Both the position numbers and the translations under genes were made by a program. Below the pieces are notes generated by a model. That model was given only the letters and a program-made list of their open reading frames with translations. It made no database searches and was not told where the DNA came from. From the IMG/VR virus record IMGVR_UViG_3300033153_006411, positions 1-64,000 of that record: DNA of 64,000 nt. One strand, written 5' to 3'. Within the stretch, counting starts at the first letter, position 1. The number at the start of each line of letters is the position of its first letter. Positions 48,314 through 57,855 of the stretch are shown one piece after another. This stretch comes from a virus.

Positions 48314-49218
48314 AATTCGATCTCATCAGTGACTTTCACGTTGAAATGAACGTGGCACACCAAACAACCCGTATTTACGAAGAGGGTGATCCGATCCACT
48401 ATGCGTGGCACAATGACCGCAAGAATGATTTGCTGGTCATGGCTGGAGATTCTGCAAACTCTCACGAGTTCGCTCGTGACGTGATCGTGGAGGCATCGAA
48501 ATACTACAAGCATGTGTTGTTCGTGGACGGCAACCATGAACACTACAGCAACTATCAGAACGGTCGAACTGTGATGTGGGATATGGAATGGTTCAACAGA
48601 CAGTTCAATTGGAATGACAAGGTTGTAGACAATGTGACCTACTTGGATGGTGATCACACCTACAAGATAGGTAGAACACTGTTCATAGGCGTCAACGGTT
48701 GGTACAACTTCACGTTCACCCGTGGAGCGCACTTTAAAGAGCAGTGGAGGGCATGGCAGAACCATAGCAATGATCCGGTGTGCATACGCTTCGGTAAAAA
48801 GAACAAGCCGCACAAGCTCGCTGAGCGCCATATGAACCTACTGAAGAATCACGTCATTGCTGCACAGGATGACGACACCATTGACGAAATAGTAGTGATC
48901 ACTCATACGTTGCCAATCGAGTCAGCGTTCGGACAGTTCGGTATGCCGTCGCATCCGTTCTATCCACTGAACGGTGCCTACGGTAACGAGTTGATGTGTG
49001 GTGTGTGGTTAGCCGACGAAGCCAAGAAGATAAAGGTCTGGTGCTTCGGTCACACTCACGAGCAACGAGACTACTTCGAGAATGACATCCATTTCATGTG
49101 TAACCCTCGTGGTTACCGTGCAGAAAAGAAGTGGCACGGTCTAGGGTTCGAGGGTATCAAGGAAATCGACACCACTGACATCCACATCCGGTCTGCCTTC
49201 GGTGAAGTTGAGGACTGA
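48310..49218 (+). CDS. Calcineurin-like metallophosphoesterase
   Basis: SDFH, AGD, GNHE, TH, GHTH and 'NPRGY'. Confidence 0.9.
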   Translation: MKFDLISDFHVEMNVAHQTTRIYEEGDPIHYAWHNDRKNDLLVMAGDSANSHEFARDVIVEASKYYKHVLFVDGNHEHYSNYQNGRTVMWDMEWFNRQFNWNDKVVDNVTYLDGDHTYKIGRTLFIGVNGWYNFTFTRGAHFKEQWRAWQNHSNDPVCIRFGKKNKPHKLAERHMNLLKNHVIAAQDDDTIDEIVVITHTLPIESAFGQFGMPSHPFYPLNGAYGNELMCGVWLADEAKKIKVWCFGHTHEQRDYFENDIHFMCNPRGYRAEKKWHGLGFEGIKEIDTTDIHIRSAFGEVED

Positions 49219-49224
49219 AATTTC

Positions 49225-49253
49225 TTGACAAAGTTCTACCCGTCCTGTATTAT
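49225..49253 (+). promoter_or_regulatory. Strong sigma70 promoter
   Basis: TTGACA-N17-TATTAT with TG extension. Confidence 0.8.
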
Positions 49254-49284
49254 GTGGGAATATTGATACAGGACGGAGTAGCGC

Positions 49285-49407
49285 ATGAAAAATAAAACAC
49301 TCAAAATGATTGGTCGCCGCAAGGCAGGTTCTTGGGGTCGCACTGGTTCCAAACAACTGAAGCGCATTGCTTCCAAAGCCTCACGCCGTGCCGGAAAAGT
49401 TTCGTAA
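49285..49407 (+). CDS. 40-aa highly basic small protein (not in the ORF track)
   Basis: GGAG RBS; MKNKTLKMIGRRKAGSWGRTGSKQLKRIASKASRRAGKVS; its TAA overlaps the next ATG. Confidence 0.7.
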   Translation: MKNKTLKMIGRRKAGSWGRTGSKQLKRIASKASRRAGKVS

Positions 49408-49658
49408 TGGAAACCATCGGAACCTTCAACGGAACGAAAATCGACTACCGCTTCGAATACACCGAAGCGCGTAAATTCATGGGTCAAAAAGGCACCGACA
49501 TGGATCAACTCACCAGTACGGTTGCCCACCTTTACCTTCAGTGTCCTGAAGACATGCGTGTAGCGTATCAAGCCCTTCTTCAAGAAATCACACGCCGTAA
49601 AGAGATGCTTGATTTGATGTCTCTGCTTGATGTTGACATTCCGAGGAAGACAGCATGA
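49407..49658 (+). CDS. Hypothetical protein
   Basis: Coupled start at 49407. Confidence 0.55.
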   Translation: METIGTFNGTKIDYRFEYTEARKFMGQKGTDMDQLTSTVAHLYLQCPEDMRVAYQALLQEITRRKEMLDLMSLLDVDIPRKTA

Positions 49659-49981
49659 GTGTCCGTAGCGAAGCTGCCGATCAGATTGCTATCAAGCTGA
49701 CTGACCTCGGTCTCAACGAAGTTTACGGATGTATCGCTGGACTGCGAGGTCGTTTCTATGACATCACTTTCTGCAAGGCTCGTGTCACCGACGGGGCGAT
49801 CCACTATTACAGTGATAAATTCATACAAGTCAAATGGCAGACCGGTATCCGGTCAATGCAGCGCAATGGTAGTGCTGTTTTTGATACCACCGAGAATGCA
49901 CTCGAATTCGTAAGATTGGCTTTCGCCGAATGCGATACCGAAGCTGCATTCAAGGTTCCCCAAAGGGAGAATAAAGCATGA
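49655..49981 (+). CDS. Hypothetical protein
   Basis: ATGA overlap; GAGG RBS. Confidence 0.55.
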   Translation: MSVRSEAADQIAIKLTDLGLNEVYGCIAGLRGRFYDITFCKARVTDGAIHYYSDKFIQVKWQTGIRSMQRNGSAVFDTTENALEFVRLAFAECDTEAAFKVPQRENKA

Positions 49982-50181
49982 CCGAAATCGAAATCCAACC
50001 CAAACAGAAATTGTATAAGACTGCATTCAGTCCGCTGTTTGACGTTTTCGTCAGCATCACCCACGCACATCAGGACGTAGACGCTCGGTGGATTTACACT
50101 TGCCAGTCGTCGTACAACACCGAGGCGATCCTAACCGACCACCTCTTCCGCGAAGAAGAACTCGAAAGGCTCTGCTTGTGA
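49978..50181 (+). CDS. Hypothetical protein
   Basis: ATGA overlap; GGAG RBS. Confidence 0.55.
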   Translation: MTEIEIQPKQKLYKTAFSPLFDVFVSITHAHQDVDARWIYTCQSSYNTEAILTDHLFREEELERLCL

Positions 50182-50474
50182 AAGAACTCGCAACACTTAT
50201 GGAGTTCTGGGAACTCATTGTCATCTTTTTATTGTTCGGCGCATACTGTGCCAACCTATTCAAGATGCAACGCTGGTTCCCTTGGGGCGGGTGGTAATCA
50301 TGTTTTTGTCCATCGAAACCCATGTGAAATTCTATAAACTCACCCTTCTCGACGGTTCCGTGCGAATAGTTCGCAGGGACGTTTACTGGGATACTGGGTT
50401 TAAGTCGCAGGAAGAAATCGACCTCATCAATCAAATTGAAACCCAATTAGAAAATCATTGTATTCCGTCAATGC

Positions 50475-50503
50475 TTGACTTTCTTGAAGAAAGTCTGTAA
50501 GAT
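50475..50503 (+). promoter_or_regulatory. Promoter with embedded palindrome (copy 1)
   Basis: TTGACT-N17-TAAGAT containing GACTTTC-N5-GAAAGTC; repeated at 57802. Confidence 0.75.
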
Positions 50504-50531
50504 TGTCGGAATTGAGAGATTGGAGAGATAT

Positions 50532-51077
50532 ATGACTGATAACAGCAAATACGTAACAGTGACCGAAGCCGACATGCGTTCCATGATGGAAAGCGAATGT
50601 GGCTTTGAGCAAATTCGTCTCAAAGGTACCTACGAAATTGTGTTTCAACGTCAAGTCGAATCAGCAAGGGGCGTCAAGTTTCCATATGCGGTTCGCGTAT
50701 ACTCTTCCGTTGCCAATGGCACCACCCGCGATGTTGGCGAAGACGCCATCCGCGTCGTACTCATTAACACCGAAACCGACCGTCCTATGAAGATCATGGG
50801 CGAAGGTCGCAAGAACCGCAGCAAGAAGTCCAAGGCGGGATCGCGCATCAATCGTACTGCACCAACTGGCATCCCCACTGAAGAACGCGTAGCGGGTCTT
50901 CTGGGGCGGCTCAGAGACCGTTGTAGGGATTACTTCTACCACATTGTGGCTAACCCCTGTCCGAAGTGTGGTAGCGCCCTGTCGCTGCGTCACGCTAACG
51001 GCAACGACTTCTACGGTTGCACCAATTTCCCAGAGTGTAAGCACACTCAATCAGAGGTGAAGACCCGTGATAGTTAA
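50532..51077 (+). CDS. Protein with C-terminal topoisomerase-type C4 zinc finger
   Basis: 'CPKCGS.L.LR.....FYGCTNFPECKHT'; GGAG RBS. Confidence 0.75.
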   Translation: MTDNSKYVTVTEADMRSMMESECGFEQIRLKGTYEIVFQRQVESARGVKFPYAVRVYSSVANGTTRDVGEDAIRVVLINTETDRPMKIMGEGRKNRSKKSKAGSRINRTAPTGIPTEERVAGLLGRLRDRCRDYFYHIVANPCPKCGSALSLRHANGNDFYGCTNFPECKHTQSEVKTRDS

Positions 51078-51387
51078 ACTGAACCCATATCTGGTCGCCA
51101 AACAGAATCTCAATCGTGTTGACATTGCACGACTGGTTGTCCTTCACGCATATAAGGATTGGGTTTTCGCCCGAGCACATACCGGTGGCGACACGCAGAA
51201 ACTACTGAAGGAACTGCGAAGAATTGAATTTGCAATGCAGGCGGTATGGAAATTCGACCGCGACGAATCCCGACACACTTGGAAATATCTAATGCCGAAT
51301 ACCACGGTTAACGAGCATAGATCGAGCCAGTGGGTGAAGGACTATTTGCGTGCGATGCGTGGTCACACGCTACGGTACCCAGTATGA
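51067..51387 (+). CDS. Hypothetical protein
   Basis: GAGG RBS; 'IEF.MQ..WKF..D...HTW' phage family pattern. Confidence 0.55.
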   Translation: MIVKLNPYLVAKQNLNRVDIARLVVLHAYKDWVFARAHTGGDTQKLLKELRRIEFAMQAVWKFDRDESRHTWKYLMPNTTVNEHRSSQWVKDYLRAMRGHTLRYPV

Positions 51388-51599
51388 CCGAGAAATGCAT
51401 CAATTGTGGTCTAGACGATACTGAGGTAGAATTGGAACCCATGCCCTGTTGTGGCGAATACGTATGTTGGGATGACTGTCTTCAGTGGGAACCAACCAAA
51501 TGCCCGAAATGCAACAAAGGTATCGAGGTCACCTTGAAAGACCCCGTAACGAAAGAATCCTATGTAATACCAACATGGGTAAGAGAGGTATCAACATGA
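51384..51599 (+). CDS. Cys-rich zinc-finger protein
   Basis: CxxC, CC, CxxxC and CxxC motifs. Confidence 0.55.
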   Translation: MTEKCINCGLDDTEVELEPMPCCGEYVCWDDCLQWEPTKCPKCNKGIEVTLKDPVTKESYVIPTWVREVST

Positions 51600-51868
51600 G
51601 AAACGCAATCCAAAATATTATTTCACTGATCCGTGCAAACCCCGAGTATGCAAAAGTAGCAATCACACTTGATGCGTGCATCGGTCTGGTATTCGGTCTG
51701 TTCGCCTACGTCTGCCTGAATGCAGCCAACATCGAGCTTACCAATATCCTTGTACTGGGATTCGCATCAGCAATTGCGCTTGTCGCCATCGGCATTGCAG
51801 GGTATACTGTCCTCTACAACACCGGTTATGACTTCACCGACGACGAAGTCGAGTATGAGGAAGACTAG
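51596..51868 (+). CDS. Two-TM membrane protein
   Basis: GAGG RBS; two hydrophobic helices. Confidence 0.55.
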   Translation: MRNAIQNIISLIRANPEYAKVAITLDACIGLVFGLFAYVCLNAANIELTNILVLGFASAIALVAIGIAGYTVLYNTGYDFTDDEVEYEED

Positions 51869-52161
51869 TGATAGAAAGTTTCAAACGTTGGAGTAGAGCA
51901 AGGCTGCGGAGGAAACTCCGCGCCAAGTCGGCACGGTATAAAGCCGTGTGGGCGAACAAGCCGGATGAAGATATCATCCATGCACATAAGGATGCCATGG
52001 GTTGGATTATTCTAGAACGTCCGGGAAAATACACAAGCGGATATAAGTCGCTCGGTTCTGTTACCAGAAGTTGCCGACGCCGGTTGAAGAAATATATTTT
52101 ACCTGAAATGAAAAAGCGAGGAATCGATGAACGAGAATACACCCTGCACGACTTCGTCTGA
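51868..52161 (+). CDS. Basic hypothetical protein
   Basis: Coupled ORF. Confidence 0.45.
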   Translation: MIESFKRWSRARLRRKLRAKSARYKAVWANKPDEDIIHAHKDAMGWIILERPGKYTSGYKSLGSVTRSCRRRLKKYILPEMKKRGIDEREYTLHDFV

Positions 52162-52510
52162 AGTCATCTACGTTGCCAATCCGTACACTGGAACTTCCTT
52201 CGAGCGCAACCAACGGTTCCTCGCAGTGGAGAAATACACAGCACATCTGATCCGCGAGGGCAAGACAGCAGTCTCCCCGATTGTGCACTGTCATGTACTG
52301 GCATTCCGTCATGGCTTACCTCACGATTTCGCTTTCTGGCAACATTACTGCCTGAACCTATTATTTGTTTGTGACGAGATGCATGTTCTGTGTTTGGACG
52401 GATGGGAAGACTCGGTTGGTGTACTGGGAGAAACCACCGAGGCGGAAGACCTCAATATTTCAATCACCTACATCGACCCCGAAACATACGAGGCTATTCC
52501 CCGTGGATGA
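52127..52510 (+). CDS. DUF1937-like (nucleoside deoxyribosyltransferase-like fold) protein
   Basis: 'IYVANPYT', 'SPIVH.H', 'FW......L..CDE..VL..DGW..S.GV..E'. Confidence 0.75.
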   Translation: MNENTPCTTSSEVIYVANPYTGTSFERNQRFLAVEKYTAHLIREGKTAVSPIVHCHVLAFRHGLPHDFAFWQHYCLNLLFVCDEMHVLCLDGWEDSVGVLGETTEAEDLNISITYIDPETYEAIPRG

Positions 52511-52775
52511 AAATATCCAAGCACACCTGAAGTCACTACACCCTGATACATTTGCAGGATGGGATGGGTTCGAGATTAATATGAGAGTGCGTAAACGCGG
52601 AGACAAAGAGGACATGCTCGTCACTTTGCTCAACAAGCACCCCACCTTTATAGCTGATATTCATGCAACATTCCTGATAGTCGAAGCAGGAGACGGTAGT
52701 GATATCATCCGCGTCGGCAAACACGAACTTGCTGATGAATACAACAGCGTCTACATACCGGAGTTCGCAAAATGA
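52503..52775 (+). CDS. Hypothetical protein
   Basis: GAGG RBS before a GTG start. Confidence 0.45.
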   Translation: MDENIQAHLKSLHPDTFAGWDGFEINMRVRKRGDKEDMLVTLLNKHPTFIADIHATFLIVEAGDGSDIIRVGKHELADEYNSVYIPEFAK

Positions 52776-53110
52776 TGCGCCTACCCGAAGACATCGCAGA
52801 AAGAATCTATGACGTACTGGTTGCACATACCGGTGCGCCGGAACAATACCGTCACTCCTTCGTTTATACGTACAGTGATAACAGAGACGAACTCTCGTAC
52901 AAACCAACAGAGTTCCGCGTCTGCTCTAAATGGGGCATGGCGGGAAAATTCTGGTGGGCTAACAACAAATTCTATGTCAGCGGACGATCACGTTGTGAAT
53001 GCTCCACTGACCGCGACTACGAAATGGAAGCTGCGGAGTGTGAGGAAGTGAACAAACTACTGGCACCCATCTATGCAGAATTCGAACAACTGGAGAACAG
53101 CCATGACTGA
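52772..53110 (+). CDS. Hypothetical protein
   Basis: ATGA overlap; GGAG RBS. Confidence 0.55.
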   Translation: MMRLPEDIAERIYDVLVAHTGAPEQYRHSFVYTYSDNRDELSYKPTEFRVCSKWGMAGKFWWANNKFYVSGRSRCECSTDRDYEMEAAECEEVNKLLAPIYAEFEQLENSHD

Positions 53111-53309
53111 CCGAATTAATGGAGTATTTGTCACCCTAGATAAGGACATCCGCATTGACGATGCAGAGCATCTTCTGAACGCCATTCGGATGGTAAAGGG
53201 TGTTGCGGACGTATCACCAAACATCAGTGATCCCAACGTACACGTCGCCAGAGTAACTGCCAAAATAGAAATAACGAACAAGTTATTTGAAGTTTTGCGG
53301 GAGTACTAA
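53103..53309 (+). CDS. Conserved small phage protein
   Basis: 'MTDR..G..VTLDKDIR.DDAE..LNAIRM.KGV..V' pattern; GGAG RBS. Confidence 0.65.
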   Translation: MTDRINGVFVTLDKDIRIDDAEHLLNAIRMVKGVADVSPNISDPNVHVARVTAKIEITNKLFEVLREY

Positions 53310-53378
53310 CTGACAACGGTACGCTCGGTTGCGCTCTAACGGTAAATATGAGAGCAACCATTCGGAGATCGTTGGAAG

Positions 53379-54863
53379 ATGAGCCTAGCAAAAGAATTGC
53401 TCCAAAAAGTCCATGAAGCCAAGCAGGCTGAAGACGAAATGAGCATACCCACATATGATGACCTAAAGACGCCGAACAATCACGTCGCAAATTCATCCAA
53501 TGCCACCAAAGAACGTAAAGTTACCGGTCTTGGTGACAGGGTAGAAAAGAAGCCTACGGCTGATATCGGTACCCCTCATAACGAGAAGGGCCGCAAGATG
53601 TCCGAAGGTGAAAACCCTATGCAGGCTCTCGGCATTCGAATTGACCACGAGGGTGGATTGGTCCACTTCAGTCATCCGGGCAACCCCGAGCAAGTTTACA
53701 CCATTGAGTACAACAACGAATTCCGTAGTTTTTTGAATAAAACACTCCAACGCCATAAAGATGCTGCTCAGGTTTTCGATCTATTGCACATGTGGTATGA
53801 AGAAGGTGAAGGTAACGACCCTCAGAACATGACTGGTCTCAACGCCAGCAAGGGATTACCGCCAGCACCACCAACGCGTAACCCTCATGAACCGGGACCG
53901 TCGCCCATGAGAGAAGCTGCAAATCCGATTGTTCAAGCCCTTAATATGCACGCCGATGGACGCAACATACGTTTGACCAGTCCTGATGGTACTGTTGGTA
54001 TGATATTTCCGACATCTCCGGTAATCCAGAAAGCTATCAACGGTTATATCACTAGTCCTGATGCCCGTGCAAACACCCAAGCTGCCGCTGAACGTCTTTT
54101 CAAGATGTTAGGCAACAAGGTTCCCGGCGTTAAATCAGCCGAACCAGAAGCCGTTCAGGGTGCTGGACAACAGCAAAGCTATTCACAATCTGCTGGTGGC
54201 GGCATCGATACTTCTGGTATGTCTTTGACGCCGATGGAAAGCAAAGGACACAAGACTGCTGACGGCGAGATGAACAAGCCAACAATCAAGGCTGGTGTTC
54301 CTGCGAAATCCGCCAAGGTACGCGGTAAGCAAAACGACGAGCCAAAGAACAAAGGCAACCCCGGTTCCAGTAAGGAAGAAAAGGGTCAGGAAAAGAAGCA
54401 GTTCACCGTTAGCCCGAAAGACTACAAGGGCGGCGAGAACGAGCACAAGTCCATGAAGAAGATGCATGAGAATGTCAGGCAGCTTGAATCCCTATTAGGA
54501 CGACGCCTCGACAAGGTAAGAGAGGCTTACGGTGATCGCGACGGCGACCAATACATTCCGGGTCATCCCGACTTTCAGCAGCAGAAGAAGCCCCGCTCGG
54601 CAAGGCGGTTGGTGTCTTTTCTTGACAAGTTCTTGCAACCGGAAGGTAATAGTAATGGCGAAAAGTCATTTGCGGCTGGAAATCCGCGATTGGTAATGAA
54701 AGGGGATCATGCGGTCCTCGATCTCTCTCATCGTGGTGATGGTAATTCTCCAGAGGGTATGTCTGCCGCGACTCATTCTGTTGCGCGACAATTATCGAAG
54801 GGCGGATTCCGCGTACAGCAAGGCGATGCTCCAGCGTACCTAATGATCGCGGTAGACGGATAG
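53379..54863 (+). CDS. Low-complexity charged protein (possible internal head protein)
   Basis: TAAATA motif upstream; K/E/G/P-rich; two internal 'NP..QAL' repeats. Confidence 0.6.
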   Translation: MSLAKELLQKVHEAKQAEDEMSIPTYDDLKTPNNHVANSSNATKERKVTGLGDRVEKKPTADIGTPHNEKGRKMSEGENPMQALGIRIDHEGGLVHFSHPGNPEQVYTIEYNNEFRSFLNKTLQRHKDAAQVFDLLHMWYEEGEGNDPQNMTGLNASKGLPPAPPTRNPHEPGPSPMREAANPIVQALNMHADGRNIRLTSPDGTVGMIFPTSPVIQKAINGYITSPDARANTQAAAERLFKMLGNKVPGVKSAEPEAVQGAGQQQSYSQSAGGGIDTSGMSLTPMESKGHKTADGEMNKPTIKAGVPAKSAKVRGKQNDEPKNKGNPGSSKEEKGQEKKQFTVSPKDYKGGENEHKSMKKMHENVRQLESLLGRRLDKVREAYGDRDGDQYIPGHPDFQQQKKPRSARRLVSFLDKFLQPEGNSNGEKSFAAGNPRLVMKGDHAVLDLSHRGDGNSPEGMSAATHSVARQLSKGGFRVQQGDAPAYLMIAVDG

Positions 54864-54895
54864 ACGCGAGCAGGTAAAAAGGTTAGGATATAAGA

Positions 54896-56812
54896 ATGAA
54901 ACTTCTGGAATTCTTTAGAACCATTCGGGAGAATGACTCTAACGGTACCGGAAAGTTCGTTGGAGCAAGACTAACCCGAGAATCAGAGCGCGACATCACC
55001 CGATGGATGCGCGATAACGGGTTACGTAAGAAAGAACCACGCGCCCGCATGCACATCACCGTCGTTGGTGATAAGGAACATGACTTCGATTGGAATCCCG
55101 CTACATTCAAACCACCACTCGAAATCGACCCCGCTTCGTACAAGATAGAAAAATTCGATCACGGTTCCATCGTGCTGTCATTCTCCGTCCCTGAACTTGA
55201 GAAGCGACACGAACAGGCAGTCGAGGATTATGCCATCCAGTGGGATTTCCCTACGTATCAGCCACACATCACATTAAGCTACGACCCAACCGACCTGAAT
55301 GATGTTGAGCGACTGCTGACACCAACGTTCCCGATGTATGTTTCGCATGAGTACGAACAACCATGGTCGTTTACCGAATCAGACACAGCGTCAGAGCGTC
55401 GCCGTAGCGCACGACTGGACGAAGCCTTCCTAGCTGAACGAAACCTGATGAATGCTCCACTGGCCAAAAAGTGGGCTGGTCATGCTGCCGAGACTCTGTT
55501 TGGTTCTGAAGTTGGTGCTGCATTGTTACCGATGGGTCTCGCTGATCCCGCACTGAAGTGGGCACATCGTGCACTCGCACGATACTTCGTTAATGATATG
55601 CCCGCATCACGGCTCCTCTCCTTTACTTCGGGGGATGATAACGGAACGTGGCGACCACCGGCAACCGACTTCAATCAACAAGGAATCGAAGGTCATGGTG
55701 AAATTATTACACCACAAGATGCGGCTTATGGCATCACCAGTGGACACCAAGGTCTCCGATCCATTACGGTTCCTCCTTGGGTTCCGGCTACATTGGAACG
55801 GGGTGATGAATTATATTTCTTGGATCAGCGGGGAGTAAACCATCTTGTTAATAGCAGCATGTTCGGTGCCGTCAAAGACTGGTTCCGTTACTTGGCGAAC
55901 AACCACCCAGAAAAATTAAAGACCGGAGCCCTGAACCGATTGAGTTGGGAAGAGGCTGTGGAATCTGCTGTTGAGTGGCATCAGGCTATGCGAGCGGCAG
56001 AAACTAGCGACGACGAAGAAAATGAAAATCACCGCGTGATGTACATCGATTACGGCAATGGTATTGCGTGGTGGAAACTAATTGGCGAAACCTGCCTCAC
56101 CCGTGAAGGTAAACTGATGGGTCATTGTGTTGCCGATTACGTGCACGACGTGGAAAGTGGTCATTCAGTTATTCTGTCATTGCGAGATGAGAAAAATAAT
56201 CCCCATGTAACAGTAGAACTTAATGATATTGCCTATACCAAAGATGCTCCCAAGGCTGGTTATATCATCAACCAAGTGAAGGGAAAGGAAAACAAACCAC
56301 CAGTTGAGAAGTACTGGAAATATGTTGACGCACTGATAAAGAAACTCGATGCTGATGGGCTTGAACTTTCCGCCAGTGGCGAAGGTCCATATGACTTATC
56401 CGAATGTGAAATCGAAATAATTGGTCCCCTGTTGGTCAGAATATCACCTCCGCTTCATAACATAACATCACAATTCCATCTAATTCAGCAACATGCTGAT
56501 GGAAGTCAAAAAGATGTAATGGAAGGAAGTAAAGGAACTGATTTGTTTGTAGTATTTCATACATTAAGAACAACATATAATATCTTTCCAACCGGCGAAG
56601 CCGAACAATACTTAAAGTGGTTGCTACTCAGGGACGGTGAATGGGAAATTGATACGGAAACCATCCCAGACGTTAGAGGTGAATATGATTTTGTACCTAC
56701 CCATATAAATATAAAGGTACCCAAGATCGAATATGAAGTCCTTGCTGGTAATCCAAAGGATTTCAAATACGACCTCAAACACGAAATCGCGGTGCATCTA
56801 AATGAGGAGTAA
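54896..56812 (+). CDS. Fusion: 2H phosphoesterase (Acb1/T4 gp57B-like) + PcfJ-like domain
   Basis: Two HxT motifs ('MHITV', 'WDFPTYQPHITLSY'). Later 'EG.LMGHCV..Y...SLRD..N.PHVTVE...QVKGK.N' PcfJ-like motif. Confidence 0.75.
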   Translation: MKLLEFFRTIRENDSNGTGKFVGARLTRESERDITRWMRDNGLRKKEPRARMHITVVGDKEHDFDWNPATFKPPLEIDPASYKIEKFDHGSIVLSFSVPELEKRHEQAVEDYAIQWDFPTYQPHITLSYDPTDLNDVERLLTPTFPMYVSHEYEQPWSFTESDTASERRRSARLDEAFLAERNLMNAPLAKKWAGHAAETLFGSEVGAALLPMGLADPALKWAHRALARYFVNDMPASRLLSFTSGDDNGTWRPPATDFNQQGIEGHGEIITPQDAAYGITSGHQGLRSITVPPWVPATLERGDELYFLDQRGVNHLVNSSMFGAVKDWFRYLANNHPEKLKTGALNRLSWEEAVESAVEWHQAMRAAETSDDEENENHRVMYIDYGNGIAWWKLIGETCLTREGKLMGHCVADYVHDVESGHSVILSLRDEKNNPHVTVELNDIAYTKDAPKAGYIINQVKGKENKPPVEKYWKYVDALIKKLDADGLELSASGEGPYDLSECEIEIIGPLLVRISPPLHNITSQFHLIQQHADGSQKDVMEGSKGTDLFVVFHTLRTTYNIFPTGEAEQYLKWLLLRDGEWEIDTETIPDVRGEYDFVPTHINIKVPKIEYEVLAGNPKDFKYDLKHEIAVHLNEE

Positions 56813-56818
56813 TTACTA

Positions 56819-57106
56819 ATGCCAGCAGCATGTAGAATAGGAGACTCAGTTTCTTGTGGCGATACAGTGGCTCAAGGAAGTCCCGACGTTTTTGTAAATG
56901 GTATTCCGTGGACACGTGTCGGAGTTGACAAGACTGCTGGTCACTGTTGGAGTCCAACTACGCTAATCAGCGGAGCATCTACCGTGTTTGTTAACGGAAG
57001 TAATGCTGGTTTTGCCGGTAGCCCAATTTTCCACGGCGGTTGTCCAGACACCTCTCCTCATGGAGGCACAGTTACGGTGGGCTCACCGGACGTGTTTGCA
57101 GGCTAA
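56819..57106 (+). CDS. PAAR-domain tail spike tip protein
   Basis: 'PAACRIGD...GSPDVFVNG...H...GS..VF' repeats; GAGGAG RBS. Confidence 0.88.
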   Translation: MPAACRIGDSVSCGDTVAQGSPDVFVNGIPWTRVGVDKTAGHCWSPTTLISGASTVFVNGSNAGFAGSPIFHGGCPDTSPHGGTVTVGSPDVFAG

Positions 57107-57783
57107 TGAGTTGCCAACCATCGTACACCTACCGACCAACTGATAGACCAGCGCCCTCGATATCGAATGCTCTCATCTATACCGAACACCGAAGCCGGTT
57201 GTTCGCCAGTGGTACGTTCTTCCGAAGCATCGAACAGGGTACCAGTCAAAACGATATATCACTCGAAGCTATTGTAACTGAAATAAACCCACCGCTTGAG
57301 TTTGAAGTTACGTTCAACGTGTACATCCTCGGTGTATTGCAGGAAACGTTTGTAACACCACAGACAGTAAACATCGTTCTTCCATCCGGTCCTAACACTT
57401 GTTCTGGTGGAATAAGCGCATTGCGTGCTGCTGTCAATGATGGTACCACCGGTAGCAACATCATTGAAATGCCAGCCCGAAATTATGATGTTTTCGATCC
57501 CGTCCCAAATGCCGATCCCGATAACAATTGCGTAACTGCATTCGGTCCGATCAATCCGGCTGGTGGTTCTGGACCGCCATCCGGTGCTAATCAGTCATTC
57601 CTTGATGCGTTATTCACTGGAACAGAACGGTCAATAATCATTATCGCTACCACCGAGAACGATACTGGCAAATCAGTCGATCCCAGTATCCTTCGTAGGA
57701 TACAGCAGTGGGACGGCACACAGTGGATTCAATATGCCAACGTGGCACAGGGTTCCTGCCCTATTGACGGACCACCCGCTTAA
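57106..57783 (+). CDS. Hypothetical (possibly virion) protein
   Basis: TAATG coupling to the PAAR gene. Confidence 0.55.
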   Translation: MSCQPSYTYRPTDRPAPSISNALIYTEHRSRLFASGTFFRSIEQGTSQNDISLEAIVTEINPPLEFEVTFNVYILGVLQETFVTPQTVNIVLPSGPNTCSGGISALRAAVNDGTTGSNIIEMPARNYDVFDPVPNADPDNNCVTAFGPINPAGGSGPPSGANQSFLDALFTGTERSIIIIATTENDTGKSVDPSILRRIQQWDGTQWIQYANVAQGSCPIDGPPA

Positions 57784-57801
57784 TTCTCTTTTATAATACG
57801 C

Positions 57802-57830
57802 TTGACTTTCCTGAAGAAAGTCTGTAAGAT
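57802..57830 (+). promoter_or_regulatory. Promoter with embedded palindrome (copy 2)
   Basis: Matches 50475-50503 at 28 of 29 positions. Confidence 0.75.
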
Positions 57831-57855
57831 GGCGGAATTAGATAGGAGAATACTT

